Notes under the pieces: generated by a model
Seen by the model: the letters and a program-made list of their open reading frames with translations, nothing else
Databases searched by the model: none
Told to the model about the DNA's origin: nothing
From: Antedon mediterranea
Taxonomy: Eukaryota > Animalia > Echinodermata
NCBI RefSeq assembly: GCF_964355755.1
Contig: NC_092674.1
Coordinates: 806,001 to 870,000, forward strand
Direction of reading: 5' to 3'
DNA length: 64,000 bases
In this document: piece after piece, positions 38,101 through 49,130 of the stretch
Layout: every line of letters starts with the position of its first letter
Numbering within the stretch: position 1 is the first letter of the stretch
Program-made: the position numbers and the translations under genes

Positions 38101-41100
38101 TAATTTACAAACCTATCTATCATGTCAGCTTGTGCCAGCAATATGGCAGCCCATTCATTGTTATACTTATATTCTTGTTTTTCCTCTTTCTCCACTGGGT
38201 TTTGAGGTTGTAAGAAAGTTCTTTATAGGTTAAAGGGGCATTTTAATATTGATCTTTACATAATTCATTCCTTAATGCAATGAACTGCACATGGTTGGAT
38301 TGGCTTCACTTCATATTGAACTTTAATCATAAATCATTTATTGTATCATTGCTGTTGGTGGCGAACAAATAGTTGCACAGTTGGAAAAACTATGATAGTC
38401 ATTGGCATCAATATTTCGTTGGTTATTTCTACTTTTAAACAATTTTGTAATTAATACAATAGTTTACATTGGCCTATTGTGTACATGATTTCATCAGTAT
38501 ACACATATTCAGTCAAAATGATATTTAAAACAATAATAATAGTCTACTTGTATCTTCATTTTGACCACGGCGTAATAAAACTCAGCCAGCTTTTGACCAA
38601 ATCCTTCATAATAAAAAACATAAGATTTAGTTACTGTTATATTGCACATTACAACAAGTATTGTCTCTAGAATGTTGAAAGGAAATTGTTTGGCCTTTTG
38701 ATCTACCTTTGATCCATTGCTTCCTTCACACAATTTCCCCCATATTTTCTTCAAGCCTATGCCTAGTTTGACCATGGTTTGACTGGCAGAATAATTATGC
38801 CCAATGGACAAGCCTACTCTAGGCCTACACTTGATGACATCTTTTGACTGGCAGAATAATTAAGCCCAATATAGCAGATGTGCTCTTGTTTAGTACCTCC
38901 CATCAGGGGATAATTCAATAGCCTAGACATATTCCTAACAACCAGCTGTGGATTTGATATTAAACCCATGTGGGACATTATATTTAAAATTGTGCATGGC
39001 TGTCAGTAAACTGCACTTTTAATTTATGTGGATCAGAAGAATTATGAATACATCATTGACTGCAAACAGTACTCCAGCTTATATCACAACATTTGTCTAC
39101 TCATAGGCCCTGTTTCTGCTGCCAACTAAATACCGTATATTATACGGTATTTTTTGAATACCGTATATATACGGTATATTTTTGGCAGCAGAAACTGCGC
39201 TCATAAAAAGTATACCGTATTTTGTATACCGTATTTTCCCCACAAAATTTGTGGATAAAATACGGTATTTACAAATTTATACCGTATTTTTTGTACCCGT
39301 TTCTGCTGCCAATAAAAAATACCGTATTTTTTTTTTACATGACAAAAGGTCACCATTCGTGTTTTTATTTTCTATTGCTGTTAGCTGCTTTACACACATG
39401 TATAGATATATTCGGCGAAAATGTGGAGCGAAGACGTCACAGTTTTACTAAATAAATGTGTGTGGGGAAGCTAAAATGTCTGACCAACTAAAAGGTAATA
39501 AAAGGGACAACCACATTTATAAAGACATTTCTAAAAAAATAAAGCAGGAGTATGGAATAGACTTGTCTCCAAAGCAAGTAAACTCAAAGCTGAAGAGCCT
39601 GCGAAAGCAGTACAACATTGCAAAATACAATAACTCGGGGAGGAAACGAATTAATTGTCCCCATTACGATGTTTTCTGTGCTCTCACAACATCTCTATCA
39701 CTAGGGCTAGGCTGTTGAAAGTGAGACGTAAAACTTCCATTATTGCGACTTTTAATTATCGATCAAATAAATGAATGGCAATTTGGGTAAAAAAGATGAA
39801 ATTTAACACGACCACCAAGAAGTATTGTTAGCAGAAACGGGGTACTAAAAAATACGGTATAAAAAATACCGTATTTTTATACCGTATTTTGAGCAGTTGC
39901 AGCAGAAACAGGCCCATAGATGATTACTGTTGTTTATAATAATGATTCAAGATCTAATATGATGTATGACTTTCTGAATTAAAAAACTACCATTCTTTCT
40001 AAACTACAAAATTGTAGATGAACTACTGTCTAAATATTTCATAATCAATTGCTGAGCAAAATTTATCAATATTATTTCTATCTAGGAAAAATTGTGAATT
40101 GTCCAAATTAGAGTAATCATCTTTTAATATGAAGGAAGGTTTCAACGTTAGGTCGGCTATTGTTCATTGCACAGACCAATAATTATGGAAACGACACTGT
40201 AACGTAATATGTACAAAATATTCTTATTGAAAAGAATCATACAGTGAAAATGATGTGGAGAAAAAAGGCCTTTAAAATTGAGGTCAATGAAGCTTGAATT
40301 GCAGAATACTGTACAAACCAAAATGTGGAATCAGCTGTGTTTGGTCTTTTCTGATTTGGAGTCAGTCTGTAGGAGATGTAAATTAAGATAGATAGAACTG
40401 CAATACTAGAAGGTCATGCTGAAACACAATTGTATTATTGCAATTGGTAAAAAATGTTTTTTACAGCCATCTTCTACTACCACTTCTTCTTCTCCATGTA
40501 CTAGTAGGCCTACCACTTCTTTTTAAAAAAAGGTTTTTTTTGCCAGCAGAAACCGGTCCTATACTGATAGAAGCAATTTAGTCATCCCTAGTCTGGAACT
40601 CATCGTTTTTCAATTAAGTGACTCAGTTTTGTTAACAAATTTAATAGTGTCATTACGGTGGCTTAGGGCTCAATTAAATCTTGGTGCATTTGCAGTTTCT
40701 TTATTTTATCTAACACTAGGCGACTTGAGGTAATAAAGTCCATCATGTGATTCATACAAATATAAATCCTATCTGTGAGAGTTTCTTATCTGCTGATTTG
40801 TGAAATTCAAGTTGCGAGTTGAAAAATATTAGTTACGATTTGGAAAATGTTGGTTGCAAGTTGGAAAATGTTGGTTACGAGTTATAAAATGTTGGTTATG
40901 AGTTGGAAAATGTTGGTTACAAGTTGGAAAATGTTGGTTACAAGTTGGAAAATGTTGGTTACGAGTTGAAAAATGGTAAATGGTAGTTGGAAAATGTGTG
41001 TTCCAAATTGTGATCTGCAACTCAACATACAATCCTGTATACAATTCTTGCACCTGTTTACAGTAGTTCACACTAATACACATATTCTCCTTTTATGGTT

Positions 41101-44100
41101 TCCTATGTACTAGTAATTAGCATTGAATTGTAAAGCAATGCTTCATGCTTCAGAAAAAATCATTTCCATTTGATACAAATAAAAAAACATCTTTCTTTAG
41201 TATTGTACTGAGTCTACAGTATAATAAAAATGATAAAAGAATGTAAGATATGATAACTTAAAATAAAATACTGTACATTGCATTAAGAACATACACTAAA
41301 ATAAATTATCAATTTACGTTTTTTCTACCCGTCCGTAAAAATCTTAAAGCTGCAAATTTCAACATCAATAGATTTTGTTGACTCATGGGAGATGATTTTT
41401 AATCAAAAGAATCTCATTATTCCGTTTTGTCTATAAAGTGTCGCAAAAATTCAAAGAAGTATGTATTCCCATGGCAACTCACGGCTTTACGCCTTTATTT
41501 TTTTCTGTTATTTTATTCTTTTGTTATAATCTGGCTTTAATTAGCATTAAGTCAAAAAGTAATTTCCTTTTTTATACAAGATCTATTACAGTATAAAGCT
41601 GCTCTGTCTACAATATAAAATTAGTTTGACAAAAAAAGTGTGATGTGCCCAAATATCTTAGTGATATGCCCAATTATGGTAGTGATATGACATCACCATG
41701 TCTATAATATTATATGGGCACATCACATTTTTTTTGTTACAAAGTTTGTTAGTGTATACAGAGCTTTATAGTACATACTGCATCTTTTTCTTAAGTTATA
41801 CAATTTTTTTTTGTACAATTGATTGAAGCATACAGTACAGTTTTTTTCAAATTAAATTTTTAACAAGTTCAGCCTGAATATTCAGCTAAAATAATGTTTT
41901 TAGAATTAAAAAAATCATCAGCAATTTCTACTAAAATTCTGGTTCACAGATACTGTACTAATCTGTTGGATGATGACATCATTGTGCTAAAAGCTATTTG
42001 GCATATTAGCACATCTTTTGTGTCCATTCAATGGGTCATTCAATGGGTGGAATGCCATACACTGACATGGCCATAATGATCAAGATAGCTGGATATTGTT
42101 CCATCATAATGACCATTCAATCACCATTGTTCTCGTAATCTTTGTATGTTTGCTTAAAATGAATAATATCCAAAATATATTGGTTAAAACAAGGACTCTA
42201 CAGATGACCAGATGCCTGTGTTTAAAAACTCTTGTTAAAATTTGTGAGATGCTTTAGAAAACAACCTTCATACATTGTTGATTGAAAGACTAAGAATGAA
42301 TTAATTATCGTCAATTATTCCATGATCTTCAAAACCAACATGTTAATGAAACCGATTGTACGTGTTGTGAGTCATAAAGAGGCATGACCGATCACAATGT
42401 GATTAATAATTACTGTTACCAATCTCACTACATCTTTGCATCAATATAGTAATACAATCACACTATCACTCTGCTATGTAAGGATGGATTATTCATGTAT
42501 GATGTTGTAGGTTGCTCAAACAAAATTCATAATTCACAACAATTTCAATTTGTTAATGTGATAAATTGGAAAAAAGTTATTCATAAAATCTTTCTTTAGG
42601 CTCACATTATCCAAACTGTCAAAGGGGTATTAGTTGTAATTTAATCATAATACTACAGTACTAGGAATTGTTTACCTCCTATTTAGTATAAAAAAAACCC
42701 GATATCACCAACTGTACGTTTCTACAATCTGACGAACCTGTGTTTTTGATATATCTTGTGTTCAATTGTTCTTTATAGTTCCTCTGTTTTTGTTACCCTG
42801 GTAACTGACAAATCTATTAATAAATCTTACCCTGGCTAAAAAAAATTATATCATTGGATGCTTTTAACATGTATACCACCTGGCTACATTATCCAGGATT
42901 ATACTATGATTGTGATAGCCTATGATATTATTAGTTCATAATGTATTCCATTTAAAAGAGGGATTATCTTTGATTGACATGGACAGATTCATCCATTATT
43001 TCCAAAAATGGAATAAATTAAAATATTAAATTATTATCAACGGTCAAAATAAAGCAGACTCTATTCTTATATACTGTAATTTTATACAGTATATTTACAT
43101 CATCAACCTAAATATAAGAAAAATGGGACAGCAACAAGCTGGTAACTCTTCTCCAAAATACAGCGACAAGACTGGTAACTCTCCCCAAAAACACAGCGAC
43201 AATACTGGTATTGGTAACTCTCCCCCAAAACACAGTGACAAGACTGGCAACTCTCCTCAAAAACACAGTGACAAGACTGGTAACTCTCCTCCAAAACACA
43301 ACAATGAGACTGGTAACTCTCCTACAAAAGATTTAATAAAGGCAACCTCCCCATTATTAAATTTCACTCATTGTTTTCTAGGAATCGCCAACACAAGAAT
43401 GTAAATCAGCTTTGATGAAGATGGATTACTGCTCCTCATGTAAAGGAATATCATCAGATGTTGCGCCATGTGACGGACTTTGTACGAACATCATGAAAGC
43501 ATGTCTAGCGCAACAGGCCGAACTACAAACAGAGTGGACTAAATTCATTGGTAAGTATAATCTGGAAATCTACTTCTCACACGTTTATGATGTCAACGAC
43601 TTCATTATTCTTTGTTTTTCATCATTTTTAAAAAATTATTTTATTTAGCTACATATGACCAAGTAATCAGGTTACTGTATTACTTTGTTAAATTTTGATG
43701 TTAACTGGAAATTAATTTTTGTTAATTTACGGTGTATTTTGACAATTTTCTTTCAGTTAGTTTTCCAAATTGAATATTGATGATGATAATGAATCTGCCT
43801 TTGTAACATTTATGTCATAGAACATTGACTGTCTCTGTCCTCTGTAACTAGGTCACAACAGACGCACACTCATTGATAAATGTATTTGAATGATTTAACG
43901 AGTTTTAAATTCTAGATACAAGCATTCATGTAATTGGCATTTAGAAGGCAATGACACAGATATCAAGTTAATTTACATAATTGTAAATAATTCCACAGAA
44001 TATGTGACTGAAGTTATCAACATATCATTTAATACCTGATAAAGATGCTATACACAAATGCTATATCCAATCAACATTATATCTACATCATTAAATTTAC

Positions 44101-44448
44101 TACTAAACACAACCAGATATACTGTATTGTATCACTGCATTTTGCATAATATGGTATTAACTATAAGTTATATGTAGTTACTTTAGCAATAATTTCCCGT
44201 AATGGCTACAATGTTGTATTAAAGCAATTTATTAATAAACAAATGAACAAATCTTATATACTGAAGCCTATAGATGGTTATTTCAACAACAATGATGTAA
44301 ATGTTTTATTTATTTAGAACATATGTTGAAACTAGGAGGAAGAATGGGAGCATCTTTTAACATAGAAACAGTTATTGATTCAATCAACGTTAAAATATCG
44401 GAAGGAATCATGAACTATCAAGAAAATACACAGCATGTAACAGAAAAA
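13992..44448 (+). CDS. GPC6: Glypican (GPC1/2/4/6, dally-like subfamily), exons 1-5: 13992-14169, 16233-16391, 37374-37762, 43382-43550, 44318-44448; 3' exons lie beyond the window
   Basis: Signal-peptide-like N-terminus; conserved Cys pattern (C...TCGTGFSCCT.DME; CITENMDELKPFG; ECKSALMKMDYCSSCKG...PCDGLCTNIMKACLA); FNIETVIDSINVKISEGIMNYQEN resembles GPC4/6. Exon sizes 159/389/169/131 parallel recalled GPC4/6 exons. The symbol indicates subfamily only. Confidence 0.92.
15948..16060. repeat. Imperfect inverted repeat (hairpin, possible MITE relic)
   Basis: ttctttttgcaaaaaccaaaaa...aacctgcttg / caagcaggtt...tttttggtttttgcaaaaagaa. Confidence 0.7.
16233..16391 (+). CDS. GPC6: Glypican exon 2
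   Basis: GEHKSTCGTGFSCCTADMEYKL...SKSEKFD; ttgtag acceptor, gtaagt donor. Confidence 0.92.
17381..17794. repeat. Tandem duplication, ~210 bp x2
   Basis: tatcg.atgtcaaaaaacttctttggcacgccgcc...gaagcaatgaatt occurs twice. Confidence 0.9.
18035..18161. repeat. Perfect palindrome with a duplicated left arm
   Basis: 36-mer caattttggggtctaagcatagagatattatagtga at 18043 and 18079, and inverted at 18118-18153. Confidence 0.92.
20729..21145. repeat. Minisatellite, 41-bp unit x ~10
   Basis: cttccctgttcatctatccctgtaccgtatccatccattcc; preceded by an unrelated ~41-bp duplication at ~20612-20705. Confidence 0.95.
21440..21539 (+). mobile_element. Short retroposed LINE/SINE 3' end
   Basis: Ends aataaagttattattattatt; flanked by the 19-bp direct repeat tatctatcaaaaatctttt (21421, 21540). 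Confidence 0.65.
21616..24683. mobile_element. Academ-like fold-back DNA transposon derivative
   Basis: ACA|TAGTACAGGAAA ... TTTCCTGTACTA|ACA (3-bp TSD, TAG termini); ~140-bp near-identical inverted block; decayed transposase motifs YVLDGGAL, HGIQGYDTTSHLFGIGKG, IPPTTNAAKCHSLRVYY, PTDWG and PAPEKLLKLIRC...CRCRKYGLDC. Confidence 0.78.
23516..23909. mobile_element. TA-TSD MITE nested in the Academ-like element
   Basis: TA|CCGCATTTATTTGAATAAATGC ... GCGTTTATCCGAATAAATACGG|TA. Confidence 0.7.
24828..25004. repeat. Minisatellite, ~36-bp unit x ~5
   Basis: tattgtgtgtgtattg.ccatgtttttcaatatctt. Confidence 0.9.
26738..27251. repeat. Minisatellite, 23-bp unit x ~22
   Basis: gtacagtatggtattaagtgcaa. 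Confidence 0.95.
30016..31854 (-). mobile_element. 5'-truncated Tx1/L1-clade non-LTR retrotransposon
   Basis: Open frame 31855->30362 (~497 aa): IYIG...NWYEKIENLKKILKTWEKRKISSFGKITVIKTLALSK...NFLW...GGIKMIDF...CEYCNEEVENEKHMLFTC (zf-RVT-like); AATAAA and a short A tail; TSD tatagtaatatt at 30004 and 31855. Confidence 0.9.
35149..35276. mobile_element. MITE family A copy
   Basis: agctctgtctacactatcaaac ... gtttgatagtgtagacagagct. Confidence 0.82.
37374..37762 (+). CDS. GPC6: Glypican exon 3
   Basis: GYFLELLDQSESDFTKMFEHTYG...AARTYVQGLDAARDIVIKATK; ttgcag acceptor, gtattg donor. Confidence 0.93.
39106..39915 (+). mobile_element. Non-autonomous PIF/Harbinger element carrying a Myb/SANT-like ORF fragment
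   Basis: ATA|GGCCCTGTTTCTGCTGC ... GCAGCAGAAACAGGCCC|ATA; many ATACCGTAT/ATACGGTAT subterminal repeats; ORF 39458-39718 (HIYKDISKKIKQEYGIDLSPKQVNSKLKSLRKQY...SGRKRINCPHYD) resembles the trihelix Myb/SANT domain. Confidence 0.85.
40808..40995. repeat. Minisatellite, 21-bp unit x ~8-9 (degenerate)
   Basis: agttggaaaatgttggttac(a/g). Confidence 0.88.
41601..41765. mobile_element. MITE family A copy
   Basis: gctctgtctacaatataaaa ... gtttgttagtgtatacagagct. Confidence 0.75.
43131..43327. repeat. Minisatellite, ~33-bp unit x ~6, just upstream of glypican exon 4
   Basis: aaaacacag(t/c)gacaagactggtaactctcc. Confidence 0.88.
43382..43550 (+). CDS. GPC6: Glypican exon 4
   Basis: ESPTQECKSALMKMDYCSSCKG...EWTKFI; ttctag acceptor, gtaagt donor. 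Confidence 0.92.
44318..44448 (+). CDS. GPC6: Glypican exon 5
   Basis: EHMLKLGGRMGASFNIETVIDSINVKISEGIMNYQENTQHVTEK; tttag acceptor, gtaagt donor. Confidence 0.92.
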
Positions 44449-44607
44449 GTAAGTACAGTTTTAGCACCATCTTATACGTCAAGAGAAAACTTCTGTTTTA
44501 TAATTTTATCGTAAAAAAATAAAAATGTGGCAGTTTGGAAGTATGAATTTTAAACAACAAATAAATGTTTTTACTGTGGACATGCAATCAAGTTAATAAT
44601 AGTTTAC

Positions 44608-44750
44608 TTGAGGGCATAGTTTGTGGACTGTACCATTTATGAAGAGGGGTGTTCAATGAATTTTTTGAGTATATCCTGCTCTTTGAGGAGAATAGTTCAT
44701 TTGTTGGTTTATCCAGGTAAGTTAGCACTACTAACACCATTCTGGTTTGT
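44608..44750 (+). repeat. Dispersed repeat family B (other copies at 53005-53170 + and 54820-54938 -)
   Basis: tgagggcatagtt...taccattt...tcaatgaa...ttgttggtttatccaggtaag.tagcac is shared by the three loci. Confidence 0.7.
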
Positions 44751-45611
44751 TTATTTATTATTATGAATATTTTTATATTTCTTTATGAAAGTTGATACAT
44801 TTTTCTTAATTATTCTTGACACATGATTTTGTGTCTAAAAAAACAAAATATGATTCATCTGACTCAAGTCTAATTGCAGAATAGTGACGACAGAGTTATA
44901 TATAGTAGTATGAACATTGAAGTGTAACTTGATTGATTACATACAAATAGATAACATTACTTCATGTATTAAATAAGCATGCAATTTACACCAAGTGACA
45001 TTACTAAGAACATAGACACAGAAACAACAACATCAATCTTCAACATCTTCACTGTTCGTTTCTACTGCATAGAGAATATTGAAATTGAATTTTGGTCTTC
45101 CTAGTATAAAGTCGTCGTCATAAATTCCTTTCTCAGTATGATAGGAGTCAGGCTAGTGAATTCAAAATTGCTGGGAGGTGTTCAACGGCCAAGATATTTG
45201 CCGTGATATCATTGTTGTAGGATTTTGTTACAAAGTCTGTTGACTATCTGGTGTAATTTTCTTGTCTTCATCATTGTTCGTGTTTATCAGATCTCGCTAA
45301 ATTTTCTATTATGTATCAAATTCTTTTTGGTATTAAACTCTTGAGCGTTAACCTCTTTTATAGATTTGTCAGTTAACAGTTATTTAATCAATGTGATAAA
45401 CTGTAGCTTTTTTTCATATCAAATCTCCCTATTTATTATACTTTACAGTAATTCAATCCTAAAATGCCATATTAAATCTGTAAACATAGTTTTATAGTCA
45501 ATAGTAATAAAATAAAATATTGAATTATAAAACCAGCAACAACACAAACTGTGTTATCAATATTGGACTGGATATTTAATGTACTTGGCCAGGCTAAATT
45601 TATTTTACATA

Positions 45612-46544
45612 CAGTCGACCTTCTCATTTACGTACCCCTTGGTCTGAGAGGCGTTCGTAAATGAAAAAGTTCGTAAATGGGAAGGTTCGGAAAAAAGCGC
45701 CCTCTATTAAATCAGTGGTAAAAACATGTCCAAACAAAATGCCCTATGTACAACTTATACTGTGTATAGTACACTATAAAGAACAAACAGTATTAAAAAT
45801 ACAGTATAAAACAATTAGATTTAACATGTAAATTAACACCTTAAATGCCAAAAAGATTGATATTTCTGCTTTTTGTTACGTTAACACACATTCTCTGTAC
45901 CAAAATTCCATCGTTTACTTTTTATTGTGCATATTTTGACACAAACTGTAATTTACGAACTTGTTCCTAAAGTAATAATATCAAATCCGTTCTGGACCGC
46001 AAATATTTACATTTTTAAGCTACTATGTATGTGTGGTGTTTGACAGCAAGTAAAATGGAATTCCCAGAAAAATGGCTATGCGACGACTGACAACAAAGTT
46101 TTAAAATGTTAATAAATAAATAAGTGTTTTTTTATATCGTAACCACATGCACAAACAAAACTAAATTGATAGTATGGTCATCGTAGCTAGCCTTTTTTGC
46201 AGTTCGCGATCAACCTTTGTTTTTTTCAAAAACACGTGCAGGGTGCTCTCCATGCACTCCAGCAGTGGGGATGATGATCTCTAGCTTAGGCCTAGACTAA
46301 ACGGCCTAGCTAACGGCCTAGGAATAGACAACTTTTAAACTAGAAATAAATCGTGGATCGTTTTTAATAAGCTTTGCTTTATTTATGAAATAATTGTTTT
46401 GGGGTAGTTTAATAAATTAAGAAGATAATAAATTAGTAGGTACGTAAAAGTTTTATTAATATTACTGATGACGTCATCGTTCGAACGGCGTTCGTAAAAT
46501 AGAAGGTTCGTAATTGAGAAGTGTGTAAATGAGAAGGTCGACTG
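45612..46544. mobile_element. pogo/Tigger-like non-autonomous element
   Basis: TA|CAGTCGACCTTCTCATTTAC ... GTAAATGAGAAGGTCGACTG|TA; subterminal gttcgtaa repeats. Confidence 0.87.
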
Positions 46545-48989
46545 TACTGTATTTTTCTTATGTAAAGACATAAACTCTTTCCACATACTATAGTACAGTT
46601 AGCACCTAAAGTACAGTATTCAATCGTAGTACCTACTGTACAGTATAACTATAATAATATAAAAATAATTATTTAATTTATTTAATATTGTTTCGCCATC
46701 CCTGTGTTATCAATATTGGACTGGATACTTGATGTACTTGGCCAGGCTAAATTTATTTTACATACATACGGTACTTCTTATGCAGCTACTTAGACATAAA
46801 CTCAGCTTAATTTCCACCTATTTACTTTAGTACCTATTCGTAGTACCTATGATAAAAAAAAAAAAAATTATTTAATTTATTTAATATTGTTTCCCAATCT
46901 CTAGATTTCTTTAGCTCTTTACACAATGTCATTGACTTTAACCAAAATCTATTTCTATTTAAAATCAATATCTATATATTGCAGTCAATAATGATTATAG
47001 TAGAATAATAAAATAGATAATGTGATTTATATTGATTTTAATTAAATTGATAGATTAAAATAATTAGATGATTTCAGTTAAAACATTCAGTGTTCAAACA
47101 CAAGTATTGTCTTGAAATAGATAAATAAATCAGAGAATAAAAAGAACGTCGCCATGTTTTGTATTCATGTCATGTCCAGCGTAGGCAAACACTGTAAAAC
47201 AAATGTATTACATGGAAAATATATTTGACATTTGTTACAATTTATTAGTCATTTAATAGTGTGAGTTGGCATGAATAGCATTTAAGTTATCGTCTTAGTC
47301 AATACGCACTGCATAAAGCAAAGTAAATTACTCAATATAAGTCTTACTATGCTAAAATAAATTCTAGTAAATTTGATGCTTTGCCGCCAGATAGACTATA
47401 GAACGTGAACGTTGTTTATTGTTCAATGTCTGTGTTTGCCTGTTTATCATGACAATGTTATTACATTCAAGTTCAAATTTAAAGATGTTTTAATCTTTCT
47501 TCTTTATTGTATACACAACAAAGCTTGTTTGACAAACAGACAGACTAACTAAGCCATAAACCCTAAAGCACATTGTAAAGTAATTAATCATCATAATGTT
47601 CATGTTTTATTGTTAATGTTGAACATACTGTAATGTATGATGAATAATGGACCTCCTAAAATTATTGAATATCCAATCAGATTTCAGTGAGGTACAGTAG
47701 CACTCCTTGCTTTAGACTACTACTTTTGAGTATTTTTATTTTTTTTTGACAAGCTATAATATTATAAGTTAGCCCTTCCCTGTTCTGTTTTTTTATCAGT
47801 ATTTTTACATTTGAATAGTATTTTAACATTGCCATTTGCAATGTATTTTTTCTTTGTTGTTTTATTGTCCTAATTATGCAAAACAAATTTCCATTTTGAA
47901 GTGGACCAATAAAATGTCTTCTTGCATCAGTATTAATATTATATGTCAGTGCTTTCCTGTTTAACAAAATCCTGTATCAGCCCCTGCCAATTTACCTTAA
48001 AACATAGTTTTAACAGTATAGAAATTAAGCCTTGTATGTTTCAGAAATATGTCAATCAAAATTGACCTTTCAACTTATTTCATATTTTGGAGTCAATATT
48101 TCTACCATTAAATGAATGTGTTGATGCTTGTTCAATGGTGCTATAAATTTCACAACCACTGGTAGAATGTAATGTTTCTCACATTCAATTGAAGTTATTT
48201 TTTCATTAATATTTTACAATTTAACTATGTCAGATTAGCTGGATTATTAATATAAAATTATATTACTCTGCGGAAATGTTTATAGTATGTCAGTAATGAT
48301 ATTAAATTTAACATGATACCAATATTTTATGTACACTGGGAATAAAATTAACAAGTTTTACATATAAATGTAAAACTTGTTACAAAAAAGAAAATTGCGA
48401 CATAAAAAAGAAAAATATTAAATTTCAGATTTAAAGTATACAAAAATACAGAATACAGAAAGGAGATTTAGTAATTTTGAACACCTAAAATAATTAATTT
48501 TCATAATTTTAAAATCTCATATTTTTTTGCTTTTTTATATTGATTATTCATTCATTCATTCATCATTTATTTCGGGATACCATGGTCACATAATCATTGT
48601 ACAGATAACAAACAAAAGAGTTGAGGTTGTACAGTATTACAGACAAAATATATACTGTATAACATAAAAAATAAAGATTCCTATTAAAATATTTGGTGAG
48701 AACGTTAATAATTGTGTTTAAATTCTCCTTACTTAGGCCTCTTTAAGTAGAAACATTCCTTCTTCTTTCTCCACCTTCTGTCAATCTAAAATGCCTCCAG
48801 CTGACTTCAATTCAATAATCTACACCTGCTGATCAAGCTTAGAAAACAGGAACAAACCATTGGAAATATATTGTATGCCTCGATGGGTAATAAGACCTAT
48901 ATTTTGTACAGTACCGCCTTAACACGTCTGTAGTATATTAGATTCCATAATATTGTATGTATGATATATAGTATGCTTTGTAAATCTAA

Positions 48990-49130
48990 AGCTCTATCTA
49001 CACTATCAAACTTGGTGTGACAAAAATGTGTGATGTGCCCATATATGGACATGATGATGTCATATTACTACCATATTTGGGCACATCACATTGTTTTTTG
49101 TCAAACTAGTTTGATAGTGTAGACAGAGCT
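48990..49130. mobile_element. MITE family A copy
   Basis: taa|agctctatctacactatcaaac ... gtttgatagtgtagacagagct|tta. Confidence 0.82.

Noticed and set aside
48349-48382. 15-bp-arm hairpin as a terminator or miRNA
   Set aside because: It is short and AT-rich, too small for a pre-miRNA, and has no supporting context.
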